A stretch of DNA of 31,827 nt, from IMG/VR virus record IMGVR_UViG_3300025635_000104, positions 1 to 31,827 of that record. One strand, given 5' to 3'. Below the pieces are notes generated by a model. That model did not search any database. It saw nothing but the letters and a program-made list of their open reading frames with translations, and was not told the origin of the DNA. Every line of letters starts with the position of its first letter. Position 1 is the stretch's first letter. Below are positions 8,638-17,887 of the stretch, piece by piece. The position numbers and the translations under genes were made by a program. This stretch comes from a virus. Lineage: Duplodnaviria > Caudoviricetes.

Positions 8638-9312
8638 TTATTCGGAAAGATACGTCCAGACCGCATTGACCCGCGGCAGCGACCCCGTATACGCCCCGCG
8701 ATGCAGCCCGCGGGTGTCGGCGTAAACGAGGGTCAGCGCCGGGCAGGTGAAGGTTCTGACGCGCTCAGCAGGAAGTTCGGCGTCTATATTCCGTTTTGGA
8801 TAGATCCGAGGTGGGCATAGATCCCACAGGTCTAAGTGACTGCCCTCCACGTACTCGAACGGCCCGTTGTCCGCGTCGACTTCGTGCAGAAAGAGGAAGA
8901 TTTTCACGATCCCGCCGGGTTCAGGGTCTCGGTGCCACCGCTGCGATTGGATGCGGTCGAATTTCCGTCCTCCGGCCAGATTCACCATGATGTCGGAGGC
9001 GTGGTACTCGAGCCGCGGCCCGAGCACTTCGACAATGGGCTCCCACAGCAGGCGTTTGCAGCCAATCGCGCCCAGCGCATCGTTCAGAGGATTGTACGGG
9101 CCACGCGCTTCTCTTGGGCGGTAGCCGTAGAGGAATGGCTTGTGCCCTTCGGCGGTCTCGTCCAGGAATTCTGCCTGGCGGCGCGCGTATTCCGGGCTAG
9201 CCAGCATCCCTTCGGCCATTTCAACCAGCGCGGCGAGGCGCCAGTCGGGTATTACGTCGCGGGCTGGGAGTGACGCCCAGCCCTTCTCGCGCAGACTCTC
9301 CGCTACCGTCAT
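8638..9312 (-). CDS. PhyH-family Fe(II)/2-oxoglutarate dioxygenase, 224 aa
   Basis: WHRD (HxD), DNGPFEYVEGSH and DTRGLHRG..R motifs; ATGA overlap with portal stop. Confidence 0.85.
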   Translation of the reverse strand: MTVAESLREKGWASLPARDVIPDWRLAALVEMAEGMLASPEYARRQAEFLDETAEGHKPFLYGYRPREARGPYNPLNDALGAIGCKRLLWEPIVEVLGPRLEYHASDIMVNLAGGRKFDRIQSQRWHRDPEPGGIVKIFLFLHEVDADNGPFEYVEGSHLDLWDLCPPRIYPKRNIDAELPAERVRTFTCPALTLVYADTRGLHRGAYTGSLPRVNAVWTYLSE

Positions 9313-11192
9313 TGCACCTGAGAGGGCTGCGCCGTCTGGTTGATCTCGCTCGGCATGCCGGGCTCGCCGGTCATGCCCGCGCTCTGATTCGACGCCGCGG
9401 GGCCTTGCCCGGGCATCTGGCCGTTCTGCGCCATCATCATGCCCATGACGGTGCGAATTTCCTGCGACGGATCCTTGTCGGGGTCGCGCTCAAGGTCTTC
9501 CGGGTTCAGGTTCAGCACCCGGATGATCTTCTCCAGAATGCGCTCGCCGTCGAACTTGACCATCATCGCGCGCTGCAGCACCGGGTTCTGCGCGGAGACC
9601 TGGAGCAGCGCCATGATCTTCTGGAAATCACGCGCCTTGGCCAGTGTTGCCGACAGCCCGAACACGCGGAACTTGGCGCCGTTCGCGAGCTTCGCGAAGC
9701 GCTCGGCGTCCGACATGTTGGCCAGCGTGATGAGTTCCTTGTGTGTCATCAGTTCGGCCAAATCGGATTCGACCAGGAAATCCGCGTTCTGCAGCAGGGT
9801 CAGCCACGCCTTGCGCAGCACCTGGGTAATGCCCTGCTCCACGTCGCTCACGATGCCGTCCATCATGGCCGACTGCGACTGGTCGAGACTCGCCACTTCA
9901 GTCGCCTTGACCACCTTGTCGGGGAGTTGGCCCAGGCCGATCACGTTTTGCTTCGAGGCCGCGACCATTTCCTTCTCAAGCACGTTGTACATCGCCATGG
10001 CGTCGGGCGGCACGAGGCCGGTCGTCACCTGCTCGAGCACCTTGGTGCCCTCCGGCACGCCCTCGCGGAGCACCAGGGTCTTGTTCTGCGGGATGCCGTT
10101 GCTGACCTGGGTGGGGTCGTCCAGGAGGTCCATGCGAAGCTGGCGTACGCCCCACACCGATGCAATCCCGCCGTCGAGCGTCAGGTTGAACAGCTCGTTC
10201 AGCGCCAGGTTCAGGCTCACCACCTCGTCCATAACAGCGCGGTGCCACACGGTGTGCGGCACCCTGATCATCGGAATGGCAACGAACGGATCTTCGCCAT
10301 ACCAGTTGGGGTAAGGCTCGGGCTTGCGGATGATGTACTTGTCGTTGGCGAGCGCGCAGAGCACCGTCTCGTGGCTCACTTCGCCCTGCTGGTTGAGCAG
10401 GGTGCCCCAATACTCGTCGATGACGATGCGGCGGCGGAAAGCCGCTTCGTGGATGCCCTGGATGCGCTTTTCTTCCTCTGCGCGGCGGAAATCCTCCTTG
10501 ATGTGGGCGATCACGGACTCGTCGTACACGCCAGCTTCGGCCATGGCTAGCGCCTGGTGCCAGTCGCGCTCGACGGTGTGGATCTTGTACAGCTTTCGGC
10601 CTGTCGGATCGGGCTTGTAGTCCTCCGGTGGCACAAGGTCGATGGACAAGCGGAACGGCTTGGCGTCGACGGCCTTCACCTTCTCCGTGTTGCCGTCCTT
10701 CACCACCCGGTAGGCGAGCTCCGGCATCCTGTAGCCGTGCACCTTGAACACCATCAGGCACTCGAGCAGGCCGTTCTTGGCGGCGTCCGAAATGCGCGTG
10801 GCGAAGTTCGTAGTGCTGTCGCCGTCGGGGAGACGGTCGAGGTAGTATTTCAGGATGTTCCGCACGGTGGTGGCGGACAGCGGCGATTCCTTGCCCACCT
10901 GGACGCTGAACCAGTCGCCGAATTGGGTGAGCGCGCGCTTGAAGACCGCGGCAAATTGGTCGACCGTCTCGCTGGTCTTGGGGATGAACTCGGTGGACTG
11001 CCCTTCGACCTTGTGGGTCCAGTCCTGGATGCCGTTGTAGGCGTCGCGGTTCATCTGCGAGCGCCAGATCCGCTGTCGTCGACCGTCTTCCGCCTCCCGC
11101 TTGGCCGCCAGAATGGCCTGGACGGTGGGATCGCCGCTATCGTCCGCCGGTTTTTCCGTCCGGGCCGTGGTCGTTCGTACGTTTCTCGCCAT
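9309..11192 (-). CDS. Portal protein, 627 aa
   Basis: Size and position after terL; P22-like portal features (DYKPDP, IDEYWG, PNWYGEDPFV, KATEV); Gln/Met/Pro-rich tail. Confidence 0.85.
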   Translation of the reverse strand: MARNVRTTTARTEKPADDSGDPTVQAILAAKREAEDGRRQRIWRSQMNRDAYNGIQDWTHKVEGQSTEFIPKTSETVDQFAAVFKRALTQFGDWFSVQVGKESPLSATTVRNILKYYLDRLPDGDSTTNFATRISDAAKNGLLECLMVFKVHGYRMPELAYRVVKDGNTEKVKAVDAKPFRLSIDLVPPEDYKPDPTGRKLYKIHTVERDWHQALAMAEAGVYDESVIAHIKEDFRRAEEEKRIQGIHEAAFRRRIVIDEYWGTLLNQQGEVSHETVLCALANDKYIIRKPEPYPNWYGEDPFVAIPMIRVPHTVWHRAVMDEVVSLNLALNELFNLTLDGGIASVWGVRQLRMDLLDDPTQVSNGIPQNKTLVLREGVPEGTKVLEQVTTGLVPPDAMAMYNVLEKEMVAASKQNVIGLGQLPDKVVKATEVASLDQSQSAMMDGIVSDVEQGITQVLRKAWLTLLQNADFLVESDLAELMTHKELITLANMSDAERFAKLANGAKFRVFGLSATLAKARDFQKIMALLQVSAQNPVLQRAMMVKFDGERILEKIIRVLNLNPEDLERDPDKDPSQEIRTVMGMMMAQNGQMPGQGPAASNQSAGMTGEPGMPSEINQTAQPSQVQ

Positions 11193-11319
11193 AGCGGTAT
11201 CCTGCGTCGCGAAAAGTCACCTTTTTGTAGCGTACTTCATGGACACAGGTGATGCACGTCCCGATCTCCCGCTCCGCGCCGCGCAAAACGGCCTCGCAGC
11301 ACCGGCAATGGGTTCTCAC
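11137..11319 (-). CDS. Small Cys-rich protein, 60 aa
   Basis: GTG overlaps terL stop (GTGA); CRCC...CITC zinc-ribbon-like; fills terL-portal gap. Confidence 0.45.
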   Translation of the reverse strand: MRTHCRCCEAVLRGAEREIGTCITCVHEVRYKKVTFRDAGYRYGEKRTNDHGPDGKTGGR

Positions 11320-13892
11320 CGCTGCGCGCCCTTGAACGAATAGCTGCCATCCCGGATGGAGGTCTTGCCGAACTTCCTCCCACTCGAAAACTGCGTCACT
11401 GGCGCCTCGTAGGCCAGCCAGTAGGACCAAGCGTCGCTCGAATGGGTGCGTTTGAAATAGGGATCCGACCGATTTGCCACCTTGCGCAGCCCTCCACGCT
11501 TGTCGAGCTGGACTTGCTCGAGATCGAGGATGAGTTCCTCGCATTTCGGGTCGATTTCGACGTTCACTTCACCGTATTCGTCCTTCAACTGGCGGTTCAC
11601 GGCGTTGATCCGGTCGCGCACCATGGGGTTCTGGTGGGGCAATTTGAGCCGAATTCCGACCCCCTTCGAGCGCATATGGTTGATTATCAGCGTGTAGTTG
11701 GTCTCCGCGGTCTGCGCGGAGCGATGCTGTCCGGTCTGGTCGCCATACACCCACCATTCGCCGCGGTGCGAGCCATAGGTGTCGTACACGTAGTCGCACA
11801 TTTCGGCCAAATCGGAGTTCTCGGTCACGAACTCGTCGAATACGCGGAAAACGTTGCCGTCGCGCTGCCCGATGAGGGTGATCAGCGGGTCGATGTTGAA
11901 GTCCCAGCACCATACGAGCGGGCGGCGGGGATTCCAGAAGCTGGCCTGCTCGTGGACATGCAGGCTGCGCTCGAAACTCGTGAACGCTCGCGCGCCACCC
12001 GTGCCCGGCAAGAGTTCGCCATCCAGGCGGATGCGACGCTGCAGACTGCCCGGCGGGTAGATGGACTCGAGGAACCGCACCTCGTCCGGCCCGATGAAGG
12101 GGTTGTCGTAAATGCTGGCCGTGATGAGCAGCACGTCCTTCAATTTCCCGGCCTGCCACGGGCGCACGATGTCGTCGTAGGTCCACGTCACGCCGCCCGG
12201 CACGCCTTCCGGCGGCAGGAGCGTGCAGGTGACGATGACCGAGAGCGTGCGTCCCGCCTCGACGCGGATGGTGGCTTCCTCGTACACGTCCTTGTCGTGC
12301 TCTTCGTCGAACCAGATGAGGTCTTTGCCTGTGCCCTGGTACTTCTCACGCCCGGAGTCGTTCGAGTTGTGGACCAAAATGCCCTGGGCCATGTAGCAAC
12401 GCAGCCCAGGAATGTCCAAGTCGTAGACTGGCGCTGCCGGCACCTTTTCGATGCCCTGAACATAGAGCTTCTGCGCCACCGCGGTATCCGGGTAATCCCG
12501 ATGCCGCGCCGCTTTCTCTGGGTACTTGACCCACTCTACAGCACGCAGAAAGCGCCCCAGGTGCAGTCGTCCACACGTTACCACTCGCCATGAATCCGTC
12601 TGCCTGATGAACTGCAGCGTTGAGCGGATAGCGAAACGGTCAAGAAGCCGCTGCACCCCAGCAGCCAGCGCTCGGCTGGACGTGGCATAAGAAGCGCTAG
12701 GCTTGGTCGTTATCGTGCCATCCGCAGCAAACAACCCGGAGAGAAAGGCCGCAACTTCCGCGTTCGGAGCACGGAATACGTCGTCCGGTACGTGCTTCTC
12801 TTTCGACTTCTTGCCCCACAATCCGAGATCGCGCAACCAGTCCAATAACGGACTGGTTTGCCCCGCCAGTGCATAGCCTCTACCGTCGCGCGCCGCGGTG
12901 AAAGCGCAGGCGCTGCGTCCTAGCGTAATGGCGTAGGTGTAGCGGTCATCGAGCTTGTAGAAGCGGAAGCCCATAGCCTCACACTCCTGGGCCACACGAG
13001 CTTTGACCCGTTCATCCGCGACCGTGACGCGGATATTTTTGCCGGTGAATCCGCCGTCGCCGATCATGAAACCGAGCAGCCAGGGAGAATACTTCAGAGG
13101 CACCGGTTGCTCGGGCTCAGGCGTTCCGAGATAGGGAATTTCGTCGCGCTCTTTGTACTCACCCGCCTGCTTCCAGCGCAGTCCGTTGAATATCTGATGC
13201 TCCGCCGAGCAGACCAGCTCGCGCCCGCCAGATAACTTCAGGCGCAGCAGGGGCGCAATCTTACCGTCGTACTTCACGTCCACCGCGGCGGTACGGTCGC
13301 GCTGCCCTTTCTTGCCGTGGCGCGTGCGAACCGCCACATGGTCACCTACCCGAATGTCGGAAATGGGCTTGTAAGTGCCGTCCGCTAGAAGCACGTCTTG
13401 ATCACCGCGGAGGCATTTGAAGCCGCAGATGCTGCCGCTCTTCAGCTTGAGGATTTGCTGACTCGGCACCCACTGCTGAATTTCGCGCTGGGGGATGAAC
13501 GGCTCGTTGCCGCGGCCCTTCACGCCGTACCCGTTGTCGAAGAGCTTCGGCTGCACGATGTCGCGGGACGACGGCCAGTCAAGCGAGGAACACCACACCG
13601 ACACCGAGCGGTCGATGACCGTCATGTCGGGCGAATAGTGCACGGTCTCAGAGTCGGGCCAGCCGAAACGCAGCGCCTGGGCCACCACCGCGGCGCCGGC
13701 CTGGGACTTGCCCGCGCGGTTGGCTGCGAGGAAGAAGCCGCGCTTGTACTTGCGCGACATGATCTCGTCGATGAACTTCTGCTGCTTCTTGTGCGGCTGG
13801 AAGCTCAGCAGCGGGTCATCCGCCCGCCGTCGCGCCAGCTCTTCTCGAAGTGCGAGCGCCTGCTCGAGCAGCGCCCGCTGGGTATCGCTCAC
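11316..13892 (-). CDS. terL: Terminase large subunit with intein (858 aa precursor, ~508 aa spliced)
   Basis: Walker A AANRAGKS, Walker B LIWFDEE, nuclease motifs WCWDFN and HSSDA; GTG start at 13892 overlaps upstream stop. Confidence 0.93.
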   Translation of the reverse strand: MSDTQRALLEQALALREELARRRADDPLLSFQPHKKQQKFIDEIMSRKYKRGFFLAANRAGKSQAGAAVVAQALRFGWPDSETVHYSPDMTVIDRSVSVWCSSLDWPSSRDIVQPKLFDNGYGVKGRGNEPFIPQREIQQWVPSQQILKLKSGSICGFKCLRGDQDVLLADGTYKPISDIRVGDHVAVRTRHGKKGQRDRTAAVDVKYDGKIAPLLRLKLSGGRELVCSAEHQIFNGLRWKQAGEYKERDEIPYLGTPEPEQPVPLKYSPWLLGFMIGDGGFTGKNIRVTVADERVKARVAQECEAMGFRFYKLDDRYTYAITLGRSACAFTAARDGRGYALAGQTSPLLDWLRDLGLWGKKSKEKHVPDDVFRAPNAEVAAFLSGLFAADGTITTKPSASYATSSRALAAGVQRLLDRFAIRSTLQFIRQTDSWRVVTCGRLHLGRFLRAVEWVKYPEKAARHRDYPDTAVAQKLYVQGIEKVPAAPVYDLDIPGLRCYMAQGILVHNSNDSGREKYQGTGKDLIWFDEEHDKDVYEEATIRVEAGRTLSVIVTCTLLPPEGVPGGVTWTYDDIVRPWQAGKLKDVLLITASIYDNPFIGPDEVRFLESIYPPGSLQRRIRLDGELLPGTGGARAFTSFERSLHVHEQASFWNPRRPLVWCWDFNIDPLITLIGQRDGNVFRVFDEFVTENSDLAEMCDYVYDTYGSHRGEWWVYGDQTGQHRSAQTAETNYTLIINHMRSKGVGIRLKLPHQNPMVRDRINAVNRQLKDEYGEVNVEIDPKCEELILDLEQVQLDKRGGLRKVANRSDPYFKRTHSSDAWSYWLAYEAPVTQFSSGRKFGKTSIRDGSYSFKGAQR
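12366..13415 (-). mobile_element. Intein with LAGLIDADG homing endonuclease, 350 aa
   Basis: Begins CLRGDQDVLLADG, ends GILVHN followed by Ser; motifs LLGFMIGDG and FLSGLFAADG; excision restores FK-SNDSGREKYQG. Confidence 0.95.
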
Positions 13893-14131
13893 ACAAGCAC
13901 CCCAAGCAGCGTGCCGCCGAACAGGCAAGCGAGATCGCGGTAACTCCCCGGCCCCATCTCATCCGGCTCCCAATCGTGCTGCCAGAGTTCGCGCAGGTAG
14001 CCGATACCCATCACGATGGCCAGCGCCACGATGGCCGGCATGAAGTGTGCCAGCAACGCACCCACCGCGAAACCCGCGGCGGCGTGCGCTACCTGGTCTA
14101 CGAGTTCCTTGTGGTCATCGTAGAAACTCAT
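13889..14131 (-). CDS. Small membrane protein, 80 aa
   Basis: Two to three hydrophobic segments; D..H...G...E...D pattern; overlaps neuA and terL. Confidence 0.65.
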   Translation of the reverse strand: MSFYDDHKELVDQVAHAAAGFAVGALLAHFMPAIVALAIVMGIGYLRELWQHDWEPDEMGPGSYRDLACLFGGTLLGVLV

Positions 14132-14880
14132 GTCAGCAGCCCGGCTTCGGGCGCGGCTTCGATTTCTTCTTTGCCATGGTGCTTCTCCTTCTGGGTGAGT
14201 CGTCTTTCAGCTTCGGCCATGTCCGCTTCATCGTCAATGTTGACGAGCGGCGGGGTTCGGATGGGGCAGGTGGACAGCGGCGAATACACCGCCGAGCGCA
14301 CCGACATCATCCACACCCGCGACAGCGCGTAGACCGCGCCATTGCGAATGAATCGTTCGGGGATGTCCTGACGCCGGAGCGCCGTATCGGCGCCCTCCAC
14401 GGCGGACAGCACGCCCTTGGCGATCCCGAACTGCTTCATGTTGGCGTAGCGCACCGGCACCTCTTCCACGGTCCAGGCGGCGCTGTAGGCGTTCATCGCC
14501 GATATGGCGGACACAGCGTGCTCAGCCATCCACACCTCACGTAGCGGGCTCGTGGGCTCAAGGTAGATGCTGGTCGAGAAGAAATGCCCGGCCTGCTTCT
14601 CCGCTTCGAGCCATGCATGCTTCCACACGTCCACCGCGCGGGACTCGTCGCCGTGGTACATGGGCGGCTGGCAGAAGTCGATCATCGCGCGGACCCCCAC
14701 GTGCTGGATGACTTCCTGCGACTCAGTGCTGACGATGATGTGCGGCGACACCGACTCCGCGAAGTCGATGGCGCGGTCGAGCAAGGTCCGTCCCGCCACC
14801 AGGCGCATGTTCTTGCGCGCGACGCCCTTTGAGCCCATCCGGCAGGGGATGACGCACAGCGTGGTGGGTAGGAGGCTCAC
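14128..14880 (-). CDS. neuA: Acylneuraminate (CMP-nonulosonate) cytidylyltransferase, 250 aa
   Basis: IPCRMGSKGVARKN, LEPTSPLR, RRQD, NGAVY and NIDDEAD motifs; GTG start at 14880. Confidence 0.92.
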   Translation of the reverse strand: MSLLPTTLCVIPCRMGSKGVARKNMRLVAGRTLLDRAIDFAESVSPHIIVSTESQEVIQHVGVRAMIDFCQPPMYHGDESRAVDVWKHAWLEAEKQAGHFFSTSIYLEPTSPLREVWMAEHAVSAISAMNAYSAAWTVEEVPVRYANMKQFGIAKGVLSAVEGADTALRRQDIPERFIRNGAVYALSRVWMMSVRSAVYSPLSTCPIRTPPLVNIDDEADMAEAERRLTQKEKHHGKEEIEAAPEAGLLT

Positions 14881-15644
14881 AGGCGCTGCGCAGCCATGTA
14901 CTGGTACATCCACCCGTCGGGCCGCGTCCAGTGCTCCGGCTGGCCGTGCACGGCGTAGCCGCAGGTGTTGAGCATCCGGCCCAGCGACTCGAAGTTGAAG
15001 TACCAACGGTGCTGGGCGCAGAACCACATGCGCCGGTAGGCAGCCTCCGACCATGCGCGGTCGACATCAAGGCACGGCACGACGATTTTGAGCGTCGCGC
15101 CCGGCGCCATGAGCGCGGCCGCGTCTCGCAAAACGGCCCAGGGGTCACTGACGTGCTCGAGCACGAGGATGAGCAGCACCTCGTTCGCCGTCGCGCCGAA
15201 CTGCTCGTAGGCGTCCTGTACGGTGGCGAAGGCGTGGTGCCGACGCTGCTGGGTGATGTAGCCGCGGAACTTGGCATTTGGCTCGACGGCAATCGTGCCG
15301 AGCGTCGGCGTAGCCTGCAGCAGATGGTCGAGCACCAGCCCGCCGCCCGCACCAATGTCCGCCACGTTGCTGCCTGAGGGGATGCGAAGCCCTTCGGCCA
15401 TCATCTGCGCGTAGGCGTCGTTCCTCTTCACGTACTGCTCGTAGGTGTCGTCGCGGTCGACCGACTCGTGGTAGTCGTCCGTCTCGTAGGCTTCGTCCGG
15501 CAGGCACTGCGCTTCGTCCAGGCGCAGCAGATGGCACTGCGGGCATTGGTAGAAATCGCCGAGCACTGGCGGCTTACCCACGTGCGCGCGCATCGGCGCG
15601 ATGAACATCAGCTCGAAGGGCGTGTCGCAGGTTTCGCAGCGCAC
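14877..15644 (-). CDS. Class I SAM-dependent methyltransferase with N-terminal Zn-binding motif, 255 aa
   Basis: CxxC...CxxC, DIGAGGG, VEPN, VLEHVSDP...PG and HRWYF motifs typical of glycan-locus methyltransferases. Confidence 0.88.
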   Translation of the reverse strand: MRCETCDTPFELMFIAPMRAHVGKPPVLGDFYQCPQCHLLRLDEAQCLPDEAYETDDYHESVDRDDTYEQYVKRNDAYAQMMAEGLRIPSGSNVADIGAGGGLVLDHLLQATPTLGTIAVEPNAKFRGYITQQRRHHAFATVQDAYEQFGATANEVLLILVLEHVSDPWAVLRDAAALMAPGATLKIVVPCLDVDRAWSEAAYRRMWFCAQHRWYFNFESLGRMLNTCGYAVHGQPEHWTRPDGWMYQYMAAQRL

Positions 15645-16075
15645 TAGCGGATGACCCTCTGGATGATGGGCAGGAAGGCGTTCAGCGACAGGCGGATGTA
15701 CGCCGGGTCGAAGCTCGGGTGGTCGTAGCGCTGCGCGAAGAACATCGCGTCGTTGGCCGGTACGTGCCAGTCGTCCCCGGCGCTGAGCAGTTCCTGCATG
15801 GCGAAGGGGTGTTCGTAGCAGGCAATCTGCGCACGGGCTGAGATCCAGGGCCGCAGCACCACACCGGCCATGTTGCCGTGCTGCAACGCCTCAAAGCCGC
15901 CGAAGACATCGTGGAAGAGGCACATCACCACGTAGTCGTCGGGCTCCTTGGCGTAAAGCGCGCGCGTTGCGCACTGAAGTGAGTGCTCGTACTTGTCTAT
16001 GCGCTTGTCGAATTCCGCGTATTCACCGCGGCGGGTTTCGAGCAGCGCGAGCAGGCGCTCAGCTATCTTGTGCAA
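15644..16075 (-). CDS. HD-domain metalloenzyme (PhnZ-like), 143 aa
   Basis: EHSLQCATRA and LFHD plus two further His and a distal Asp (RYD..SFDPAY). Confidence 0.8.
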   Translation of the reverse strand: MHKIAERLLALLETRRGEYAEFDKRIDKYEHSLQCATRALYAKEPDDYVVMCLFHDVFGGFEALQHGNMAGVVLRPWISARAQIACYEHPFAMQELLSAGDDWHVPANDAMFFAQRYDHPSFDPAYIRLSLNAFLPIIQRVIR

Positions 16076-17150
16076 GCAGCACCTCCGCGATGGCCTGGCC
16101 GGCGTTGCCGCGGCCGTAGGTGTAGTCGAGCGGGTAGCGCCCGTGGGCGATCTGACGCTGCATGATGCTCGCCAGGTTCTCGAACGCCGGGCTGATCACG
16201 TTGTTCGTCGTCAGCCGCCCGTGCTGGCGCGCGCCCACGTTCACCACCGGGGTACCGAGGATGCCGGCTTCCCGTACACCGACGCTGCTGTTCCCTACGA
16301 GGCACGCCGCGTTGCGGATGAGTCCCAGGAACTGCTCGGCGGGCAGGTGGCGGTAGAAACGCACTGGAGCGTTGTGCTCGTGCTCGAAACGCAGTTCCTT
16401 CTCGATGCCCTCCGCGCCGGGGTCGATGTTCGGCCAGAACCACAGCACCTGCAGGTTGCCTGCGCTGCGGCACACCGCGTCGAACAACTCCCGCGGCGTG
16501 AACTCGTCGTCCGGGCATGGGTGGTAGAGCGCGACGACGTAGGGCGACGCAGGGTCGAACTCCGGCCCAATGCCCGTCTCGTTCAGCGCGTAGCGGGACG
16601 GCATCTGCGCCCGCAGCGCCAAGTCAACGCTCGGACAACCGGTCAGGTGCACGTTCTTGTGCCCGGCGTGGTAGAGCGTCCGATAGGCTTCCGCCGTCGG
16701 CGTGCAATGCACGTCGGCCAGCGCTGAGTTCGCGAACCGCACCTTGTCGTCGATGTTGCCGCTGCGCTCGCCGCCCAGGATGTGGGTCAGCGGGATCTGG
16801 TTGTAGCTCGCCGCGATGCTCACCGCCAGGGTCTCGTAGCGGTCAGCCACGGCGACAACGCGATCTGGCTCGAGGAAGTCGAACACCGTCGTCAGCTCTT
16901 GGATAAGCTGACCGGTGTAGGCCGCGGCGCCGTTCAGCCCGTGCGGCTCGATGCCGGCACAGCGGTAGATGGGCACGAACTCCGCGAACGCCGCGATGTC
17001 GTGCTCCACGTTGCCGAAGCGGGTCAGGGCCGCGGAACCCGCCAGCACGATACTGAGGTGCGCGTTCCGCGCTTCGAGCTCTTCGATGACCGTCTGGACC
17101 CGAGCGAGACTGGCCCGCGCGGTGAGGACGATGACGATGTGGTTCGTCAC
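16059..17150 (-). CDS. neuC: UDP-N-acetylglucosamine 2-epimerase (hydrolysing), 363 aa
   Basis: LTARAS, ADRYETL, HILGGERSGNIDDKVR, TGCPSVD, WPNIDPG, GNSSVGVRE and RQHGR motifs; GTG start overlaps neuB stop. Confidence 0.92.
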   Translation of the reverse strand: MTNHIVIVLTARASLARVQTVIEELEARNAHLSIVLAGSAALTRFGNVEHDIAAFAEFVPIYRCAGIEPHGLNGAAAYTGQLIQELTTVFDFLEPDRVVAVADRYETLAVSIAASYNQIPLTHILGGERSGNIDDKVRFANSALADVHCTPTAEAYRTLYHAGHKNVHLTGCPSVDLALRAQMPSRYALNETGIGPEFDPASPYVVALYHPCPDDEFTPRELFDAVCRSAGNLQVLWFWPNIDPGAEGIEKELRFEHEHNAPVRFYRHLPAEQFLGLIRNAACLVGNSSVGVREAGILGTPVVNVGARQHGRLTTNNVISPAFENLASIMQRQIAHGRYPLDYTYGRGNAGQAIAEVLLAQDS

Positions 17151-17887
17151 GGCACCTTCCTGAAGAGCGAAATCTTCTCCATCTCCGCGTCGAAGCACTC
17201 CTTCCTGCCACGGAGGATGCGCTCGCGCTGGTGGGCGAAGTCGCAGATCTCCTTGAGCTGGTGCGCTTCGTGGCTGCAGGCCTGGTCGGGCCCGGGCAGG
17301 GCTTTGCTCAGTGTGAAGTGCACCTCCACCACGCTGGCGCCGAGCGTCATCGCCGCCACCGGTGCCGCCACGGTCCCCGTGTGGTCACTGTAGCCGATGC
17401 CGGTGTTCAGGTAGCTGTTGTGCCACTCGGGGATGACGCCTAAGCGCGTCAGGGTCAGCGGCGTCGGGTAGACGCTCGTGCACTGGAGCAGCGTCACCCT
17501 GGGCGCGGCGGCCAGCGCCGCTCGGGCGCTCAGTACCTGCGCGGGGGTGCAGGCACCCGTCGAGCAGATGACGGGCTTGCCCTTCGAGGCGACGTGCGCT
17601 AGGAAGGCCGCGTCGGTCACTTCGGCGCTACCCACCTTGTGCGCTTTCACCAGGGGGTTGATTTCGTCGACGCCTTCCACGTCGTAGGCCGTGCAGAGGA
17701 AGTCGACGTGCGCCTGTTCGGCATGCGCGTAAAGCGCAGAAACGTCGAACAGGGAAATCCGCCGCCGATGCTGGAACTTCACCGCATCCACGCCGCACTC
17801 GGCGGCCACATCGATCATCCTCTTCGCGATTTCCACCGAGTTCTGGAAGTTGTTGCAGCACTCCGCAATCACATACACGTCAGCCAT
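17147..17887 (-). CDS. neuB: N-acetylneuraminate synthase family protein, short form, 246 aa
   Basis: VIAE, DAVKFQ, KVGS, STG, CTSVYP, GYSDHT, EVHFTL and GPD motifs; no C-terminal SAF/antifreeze-like domain. Confidence 0.92.
   Translation of the reverse strand: MADVYVIAECCNNFQNSVEIAKRMIDVAAECGVDAVKFQHRRRISLFDVSALYAHAEQAHVDFLCTAYDVEGVDEINPLVKAHKVGSAEVTDAAFLAHVASKGKPVICSTGACTPAQVLSARAALAAAPRVTLLQCTSVYPTPLTLTRLGVIPEWHNSYLNTGIGYSDHTGTVAAPVAAMTLGASVVEVHFTLSKALPGPDQACSHEAHQLKEICDFAHQRERILRGRKECFDAEMEKISLFRKVP

Noticed and set aside
5861-12593. Long plus-strand ORFs (5861-7084, 9270-10550, 11442-12593)
   Set aside because: Antisense shadows of capsid, portal and terminase genes, expected from high-GC codon bias; no motifs
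13889-14131. Holin call for the 80-aa membrane protein
   Set aside because: No endolysin nearby; charged motif pattern fits other small membrane families equally well
14128-17887. neu genes as host chromosome or chimeric assembly
   Set aside because: Overlapping stop/start junctions with phage genes on both sides and no flippase, polymerase or other capsule/LPS genes; read-level check still advisable
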